From positions 14,945-78,944 of the forward strand of contig JBBIKG010000008.1 in NCBI GenBank assembly GCA_037445555.1: a DNA stretch of 64,000 bases. Reading direction: 5' to 3'. The notes under the pieces were generated by a model. That model saw only the letters and a program-made list of their open reading frames with translations. It was not told the origin of the DNA and made no database searches. Source of the stretch: Lentimicrobiaceae bacterium (GTDB lineage: Bacteria > Bacteroidota > Bacteroidia > Bacteroidales > JAAYJT01). The first letter of the stretch is position 1. Each line of letters starts with the position of its first letter. The position numbers were made by a program, and so were the translations under genes. Of this stretch, positions 59,155 through 64,000 are shown one piece after another.

Positions 59155-62100
59155 ATGATTTTAAAAGAATTGAAACCTCGGAAGGCACTAAACAAAGCCT
59201 TTTTAAAAGTAAAACCGAACAGGACTGAAATTGAAGGTTTCAAGACTAATCTCATTACTTTACTCGAAAGGACAAATGACACGGAAAGCGAAGAGTTTCA
59301 TAAAAATTTGGTTTCCGACTTTCTTAAAGACACTTATTACAAGCAAAATCACTTTATAAATACCAAAGGTCGAAACGACCTTGTTATTCATAACGGACAA
59401 AATGCAAACTCGACAGTTGGAGTAATTATCGAAGCGAAAAAACCGACCAACAAAGCAGAAATGATTACTACCAAAAAACTGAATGCAAAAGCATTTCAGG
59501 AATTGGTTTTGTATTACCTACGTGAGAGAATTACACACAAAAATCTTGAAGTAAAACATTTGGTGGCGACCAACATAAACGAGTGGTTCATTTTTGACGC
59601 TACCCTATTCGACAGACTTTTTGCACAAAACAAAAACCTTGTAAAGCAATTCAACGACTTTGAAGCAGGTCGTTTGGCAGACACCAAAACGGACTTTTTC
59701 TACAAACAAGTTGTCGAGCCATTTATTGACCAATTATTAACTCCCCTCCCTGAAGGAGGGGCTGGGGGTGGGATTGAATTTACTTACTTCAACATTCAGG
59801 ACTTTCAAAAAACCATACGAAATAACGACAAAGCAGACGATAATTCGCTTATTGCCTTGTTCAAACTTTTATCGCCAGAGCATCTTCTAAAACTTCCGTT
59901 CACCAACGACAGCAACAGCCTTGACAAAAGATTTTACAGCGAGTTGTTGCACATCATCGGCTTGACCGAAACCAAAGAAGGAAGCAAAAAACTGATTGAA
60001 CGAAACAAAACAGGCGAACGAAACACAGGAACAATCCTTGAAGATGCTATTATTCAACTTGACAGCTTAGATAAACTTAGCCGACTTGAAAAGCCAAACC
60101 TCCCGATAGCTATCGGGATCGGAAACACACAGCAAGAAAGACTTTTTAATGTTGCTCTTGAACTTTCAATCACTTGGATAAACCGTATTTTGTTTTTGAA
60201 GTTGTTGGAAGCCCAACTCATCACCTATCACAAAGGCGACAAATCGTTTTCGTTTCTCAATCTTGACAAAATCAAAAACTATGACGACCTGAACAGCTTG
60301 TTTTTTCAGGTGTTGGCTCGTAAGTATGACGAGCGAAACGAAGATGTAAAAATGATTTTTGAGAAAGTGCCTTACCTCAATTCTTCTCTTTTCGAGCCGA
60401 CCGACATTGAGCAGGTTACTTTGTTTATCAGTAATCTGAAAGACGATAAAACTATTCCGATTTTTTCGCAAACCGTGCTGAAAGACCAGCAAGGAAAAAA
60501 ACGGACAGGCAACCTTTCAACGCTTCAATACCTGCTTGAGTTTTTGGATGCTTACGACTTTGGGGCAGAAGGCGGAGAAGAAATTCAGGAGGACAACAAA
60601 ACGCTTATCAATGCTTCGGTTCTTGGATTGATTTTCGAGAAAATAAACGGCTATAAAGACGGTTCGTTTTTCACTCCGGGTTTCATCACAATGTATATGT
60701 GCCGTGAAACCATTCGCAAAGCGGTGGTGCAGAAATTCAACGAAACCAAAAAATGGAACTGCACAACGCTTGAAGAACTTTACGACAAAATTGAAGACCG
60801 AAAAGAAGCCAACAAAATTGTAAACAGCATCAAAATTTGCGACCCTGCCGTTGGCTCCGGACACTTTTTGGTTTCGGCACTCAATGAAATGATTGCCGTT
60901 AAAAACGACTTGAAAATTCTGCAAGACCGTGACGGAAAACGCCTGAAAGAATATCAGGTGGAAGTGGTAAATGATGAATTGATTGTAACAGACGAAGAAG
61001 GAGAACTTTTTGAATACAACCCTACCAACAAGGAAAGCCAACGCATACAGGAAACACTGTTCCACGAAAAGCAAACCATTATTGAAAACTGCCTTTTCGG
61101 TGTGGACATCAATTCCAACTCTGTTAAAATTTGCCGTTTGCGTTTGTGGATTGAGCTTTTAAAAAACGCTTACTACATTCAAAGCTCCTCCCCTAATATA
61201 GGGGAGGTGTCCGAAGGACGGAGGGGTCAAGAACTATTAAATAACCTGCCATATTTAAAAACCTTCCGTAAAAATCTCCGCAAGAATCTGACTCCGGCAG
61301 AAGCTAAACTTTGGACAATGTTGAAAGGGAGGCAAATGGAAGGAAGAAAATTTAGAAGGCAACATAGTGTGGCTAATTATATTTTAGATTTTTATTGTCC
61401 TGAGGAACGACTTGCAATCGAATTAGACGGACAAGGGCATTTTGAGGATACTCAGGCAGAGTATGACCGCGAAAGAGATTTGTTTCTGGAGGCGTGTGGC
61501 ATTCGTGTATTAAGATTTGAGAACAAATGGGTGTGGGATAATCCTGACGGGCTGCTTGAGGAAGTAAAGAAGTATTTTGGCAAACAACCACCCCGTCAGC
61601 CTGTGGCTGACACCCCTCCTTACAAAGGAGGGGAACTATACAACCCCGGCTTTTCAAGCCACCCCTCCTTAATAGGAGGGGAGCTTAATGAGTTGCAAAC
61701 GCTACCGAATATTGACATCAACATCAAATGCGGAAACTCTTTGGTGAGCCGTTTTGCCATTGATGCTGACCTGAAACAAGCCTTGAAAAAAAGTAAGTGG
61801 ACCATTGACAGCTACCGAATTGCTGTTGACACATACCGCAATGCTGAAAGCAAGGAACAGAAAAGAGAAATGGAACGGCTGATTGCCGACATCAAATCGG
61901 ATTTCAGAAGTGAAATTGCTAAAAGTGATCCGAAGGCAAAAAAGCTGTATAGCCTCAAAGGAGAGCTACTCACACGAGCTACTCAGTATAAACTTTTTGA
62001 AATGAGCAAAAAGGAAAAAGCCGATTGGAACATAAAAGTAACGCAACTGACCGAAGAAACCAAAAAACTGGAGGCCGAAATTGAAGAAATCAATAACAAC

Positions 62101-63312
62101 AAGATTTTTGAAAATGCTTTTGAATGGCGTTTTGAATTTCCCGAAGTGCTGAATGATGATGGCGATTTTGTGGGCTTCGATGTGGTTATTGGAAATCCGC
62201 CGTATTTGACAGGCTCTGCATTTAGAGAGTATCAAAGTTTTTTCAACGCTACCTTCTCAACTGCGGAATATCAATTAGACCTTTATACTTTTTTCATTGA
62301 GTTGTCATATGGAATACTCAAATCAAAAGGAATTATTTCTCTTATCACACCAAATTCTTGGTTGAAAAATTTAAGGATGTCAAAAACAAGAAAATTTATT
62401 CTTGATAAATTTACAATCAAAGCATTAAATCCACATATCGCAAAAGCATTTGACGAAGCTTCGGTTGATACGCTCATTTTTATTGCATTTAAAGCTAAAA
62501 ACGAAAACAATTCACTTGAAATTTTTGATTTCAATTCATTAAAAAACTCTTTTACAAAAAATTCAATTCATCAAAACAGATTTTTAGAAAATGACAATTT
62601 AGTATTTGACGTTGAAGTTGATGAATCAGTTTTATTAATTCTGAAAAAAATCAGAAGCAATAGCGATATTCTTGCGGATAAATTTGAAATTACGAGAGGA
62701 GTAAATCCATACGATAAATATAGAGGACAAACTGAAGATGTTATTTCAACTAGAGCCTACCATTCTTCAACACAAAAAGACGACACATTTGTTCCCGAAC
62801 TTAAAGGCAAACACGTTTCAACATTCCACTATAAATGGGACAAAAAACATTTCATTAGTTACGGAAGTTGGTTAGCCGCGCCGAGAGAACCGAAATTTTT
62901 CAAAGGTATAAGGATAGTTTTTCGTGAAATTATCGGGGAACGATTTGTTTGCGCTGTAATTGAAGAAGATTTTATAATAGACCGCAGTCTATACATTGCA
63001 CTTCCTAAAGACGAAGAAATTGATGTTTATTACATTTTAGGTGTTTTATGTTCAAAAATGCTTGTGTGGCTATTTAAGTATGAGAAAAATGAATTTGACG
63101 AATTGTTCCCAAAAATCAGGCTTGAAGAATTTAAAAAGCTGCCTATTCCGAAAAGCAATAATCTCAAAGCAATAGGCAAGTTGGCTAAAGAAATTACAAA
63201 GTTGAAACAGCAAGGGATATACACAAGAGAAGAAGAAAACCAAATAGACCAATTGGTTTACCAACTTTACGACCTGACCGAAGAAGAAATTAAAATCATT
63301 GAGAACAGCTAA
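59155..63312 (+). CDS. Type IIG restriction-modification enzyme (PD-(D/E)xK nuclease + gamma-class N6-adenine methyltransferase, Eco57I-like + TaqI_C-like specificity region) with an in-frame DUF559 insertion
   Basis: ATG at 59155 (the track's TTG is 6 nt upstream). The N-terminus has D...EAK (NDLVIHNG...VGVIIEAKKP). Motif I is CDPAVGSGHFLV. Also NIKCGNSLVSRF and motif IV VVIGNPPY. The C-terminal third is a target-recognition-like region (ITRGVNPYD...). Confidence 0.85.
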   Translation: MILKELKPRKALNKAFLKVKPNRTEIEGFKTNLITLLERTNDTESEEFHKNLVSDFLKDTYYKQNHFINTKGRNDLVIHNGQNANSTVGVIIEAKKPTNKAEMITTKKLNAKAFQELVLYYLRERITHKNLEVKHLVATNINEWFIFDATLFDRLFAQNKNLVKQFNDFEAGRLADTKTDFFYKQVVEPFIDQLLTPLPEGGAGGGIEFTYFNIQDFQKTIRNNDKADDNSLIALFKLLSPEHLLKLPFTNDSNSLDKRFYSELLHIIGLTETKEGSKKLIERNKTGERNTGTILEDAIIQLDSLDKLSRLEKPNLPIAIGIGNTQQERLFNVALELSITWINRILFLKLLEAQLITYHKGDKSFSFLNLDKIKNYDDLNSLFFQVLARKYDERNEDVKMIFEKVPYLNSSLFEPTDIEQVTLFISNLKDDKTIPIFSQTVLKDQQGKKRTGNLSTLQYLLEFLDAYDFGAEGGEEIQEDNKTLINASVLGLIFEKINGYKDGSFFTPGFITMYMCRETIRKAVVQKFNETKKWNCTTLEELYDKIEDRKEANKIVNSIKICDPAVGSGHFLVSALNEMIAVKNDLKILQDRDGKRLKEYQVEVVNDELIVTDEEGELFEYNPTNKESQRIQETLFHEKQTIIENCLFGVDINSNSVKICRLRLWIELLKNAYYIQSSSPNIGEVSEGRRGQELLNNLPYLKTFRKNLRKNLTPAEAKLWTMLKGRQMEGRKFRRQHSVANYILDFYCPEERLAIELDGQGHFEDTQAEYDRERDLFLEACGIRVLRFENKWVWDNPDGLLEEVKKYFGKQPPRQPVADTPPYKGGELYNPGFSSHPSLIGGELNELQTLPNIDINIKCGNSLVSRFAIDADLKQALKKSKWTIDSYRIAVDTYRNAESKEQKREMERLIADIKSDFRSEIAKSDPKAKKLYSLKGELLTRATQYKLFEMSKKEKADWNIKVTQLTEETKKLEAEIEEINNNKIFENAFEWRFEFPEVLNDDGDFVGFDVVIGNPPYLTGSAFREYQSFFNATFSTAEYQLDLYTFFIELSYGILKSKGIISLITPNSWLKNLRMSKTRKFILDKFTIKALNPHIAKAFDEASVDTLIFIAFKAKNENNSLEIFDFNSLKNSFTKNSIHQNRFLENDNLVFDVEVDESVLLILKKIRSNSDILADKFEITRGVNPYDKYRGQTEDVISTRAYHSSTQKDDTFVPELKGKHVSTFHYKWDKKHFISYGSWLAAPREPKFFKGIRIVFREIIGERFVCAVIEEDFIIDRSLYIALPKDEEIDVYYILGVLCSKMLVWLFKYEKNEFDELFPKIRLEEFKKLPIPKSNNLKAIGKLAKEITKLKQQGIYTREEENQIDQLVYQLYDLTEEEIKIIENS
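59743..59761. repeat. Mini-palindrome family A copy (CCCCTCC-ctgaa-GGAGGGG), translated in-frame as ...PLPEGGAGGG...
   Basis: Perfect 7-bp GC-rich arms inside the R-M ORF. Confidence 0.85.
60101..60118. repeat. Mini-palindrome family B copy (TCCCGATAGCTATCGGGA), translated in-frame as ...LPIAIGIG...
   Basis: Perfect 18-bp palindrome inside the R-M ORF. Confidence 0.85.
61187..61207. repeat. Mini-palindrome family A variant (CCTCCCCT-aatat-AGGGGAGG) at the left edge of the DUF559 insert
   Basis: Perfect 8-bp arms, followed by a second small hairpin (gtcc-gaa-ggac). Translated as SSPNIGEVSEGRRG. Confidence 0.85.
61246..61578 (+). mobile_element. DUF559 / Vsr-like endonuclease module nested in-frame within the R-M gene
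   Basis: LPYLKTFRKNLRKNLTPAEAKLWTMLKGRQMEGRKFRRQHSVANYILDFYCPEERLAIELDGQGHF...YDRERDLFLEACGIRVLRFEN matches the remembered DUF559 pattern (LR...T.aE..LW..LR......FrRQ..i..yi.DF.c...klviE.DG..H......D..Rd..L...G..vlRf). Confidence 0.7.
61613..61633. repeat. Mini-palindrome family A copy (CCCCTCCT-tacaa-AGGAGGGG) at the right edge of the DUF559 insert
   Basis: Perfect 8-bp arms. Translated as TPPYKGGE. Confidence 0.85.
61662..61681. repeat. Mini-palindrome family A copy (CCCCTCCT-taat-AGGAGGGG), second copy at the right edge
   Basis: Perfect 8-bp arms. Translated as HPSLIGGE. Confidence 0.85.
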
Positions 63313-63346
63313 AAAGCCAGAAATGCCACCGCTTCACAGTCACGCA

Positions 63347-63364
63347 TCCCGAAAGCTTTCGGAA
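63347..63364. repeat. Mini-palindrome family B-like copy (TCCCGAAAGCTTTCGGAA) just past the R-M stop codon
   Basis: 14-bp perfect core ccgaaagctttcgg. It shares the TCCCGAnAGCTnTCGG design with 60101-60118. Confidence 0.7.
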
Positions 63365-63656
63365 GCAGGTCGCATAACAGGCAGACTATCAACACGAAAG
63401 ACAGAAGGGCAAAAACTCATCGAATAGACACCCCCTACAATCTTTAGCTGGCGGGGAGTGCCTTTCTTACCATCCCGGTGTTCGCTGCAGGGGCGGCTCA
63501 ATAGGTTGCAGGGCAACGTGCTAATCGACGATTCCGGACTCTGTGTAAACGTTTATAGTTTATTTCGATAAAACCGGCCCGGGCAGCTCATCCTGACGAA
63601 AATGATTTACTGTAACTTATGCGAATTTGCGCTGTTTGCAAATGGACAATTTCCTG

Positions 63657-64000
63657 TCAGTATGGGTTATCCTCCCATGTTAAGCTCACTAATTTGTTTT
63701 CTGTATTCTGTTTTTTCAACCCTTTTCCCGATAGAACCTGTTTCGAATAGTCGTCATACATCATAAGACGATGCCCCTTGCCCGGCAGCAAAGGGACTTT
63801 GTTGTACACATGCTCAAGCCCGTTGAACTTCCATCCTGCCATGCCCTTATCTCCGGATGCCGCAATGGTAAGTGACGCAATGGCGCCTGTGCGGCAGTCG
63901 TCAGTAAACATCCGTGAAACAAAGTTTCCGAGCGAATAGAGAACCAGCGCCTTACGGGGCACCCCGCAGAGATCCTCCACCTCTACCCTGCATCCGTTAT
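63657..64000 (-). CDS. C-terminal fragment of a CapA/PGA_cap-family (metallophosphatase-like) protein; continues past the window end
   Basis: ...ALVLYSLGNFVSRMF... resembles the CapA-family SLGNF motif. The frame is open to position 64000. Confidence 0.45.
   Translation of the reverse strand, partial: NGCRVEVEDLCGVPRKALVLYSLGNFVSRMFTDDCRTGAIASLTIAASGDKGMAGWKFNGLEHVYNKVPLLPGKGHRLMMYDDYSKQVLSGKGLKKQNTENKLVSLTWEDNPY

Noticed and set aside
58832-63660. Looked for a direct repeat of the ssrA 3' end (att-like duplication), an integrase, or tRNA-like fragments flanking the R-M islet.
   Set aside because: By eye there is no second copy of ggttcgactccctccagttccacc or a substantial part of it, and no integrase-like ORF. 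The boundary therefore cannot be defined by att sites. An alignment search is needed.
1-64000. CRISPR arrays, rRNA or tRNA genes, IS elements or transposases, and prophage genes.
   Set aside because: None were seen. There are no regularly spaced direct repeats, no cloverleaf other than the tRNA-like part of tmRNA, and no transposase or integrase-like ORFs in the six-frame track.

Overview
The window looks like Bacteroidota chromosome at about 48-50% GC. The evidence is SusC/SusD pairs, many TAnnTTTG -7 promoter boxes, no Shine-Dalgarno sites and a Bacteroidetes-type tmRNA tag.

Gene content by position:
- 1-15.4 kb: three consecutive, separately terminated susC/susD-like pairs on the minus strand, with no glycoside hydrolase between them. 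They are followed by the start of a secreted protein.
- 15.4-33.7 kb: mostly housekeeping and envelope genes. These include a HAL/PAL-family paralog with an unusual Ala-Cys-Gly in place of the MIO-forming Ala-Ser-Gly, a GNAT-like protein, an LptF/G permease, two glycosyltransferases, ettA, a hisS-hutH-large OM/metallopeptidase-like gene string, a holin-IV-like membrane protein, a PPOX-family protein, and PAP2-obg-adk-hpt.
- 33.8-39.6 kb: a compact five-gene minus-strand operon. It encodes an extended KamA-family radical-SAM aminomutase, 3-oxoacid CoA-transferase A and B, a class-III (GSA-aminomutase-like) aminotransferase and a thiolase. It reads as a beta-amino-acid catabolic route and lacks the canonical lysine-fermentation genes.
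- 39.9-55.3 kb: trkA plus two tandem trkH genes, a MATE pump, an LPS-core/O-antigen block (ligase, GT2, GT9), a lipid kinase, ispG, a lipoprotein, an O-methyltransferase, bacterioferritin and a D-TA-family PLP enzyme.
- 55.4-58.3 kb: a 989-aa protein with a pseudo-receiver, a receiver and a PEP/pyruvate-binding (PPDK_N-like) domain.
- 58.4-58.8 kb: ssrA (tmRNA).

The most unusual region lies directly downstream of ssrA, at about 58.8-63.4 kb. It is a low-GC islet holding a single 1385-aa Type IIG restriction-modification gene. The methyltransferase core of that gene is interrupted in-frame by a DUF559 (Vsr-like) endonuclease module flanked by GC-rich hairpins. The gene and its flanks also carry two families of perfect mini-palindromes, several of them translated in-frame.

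All functional calls rest on motif recognition by eye; no searches were run.
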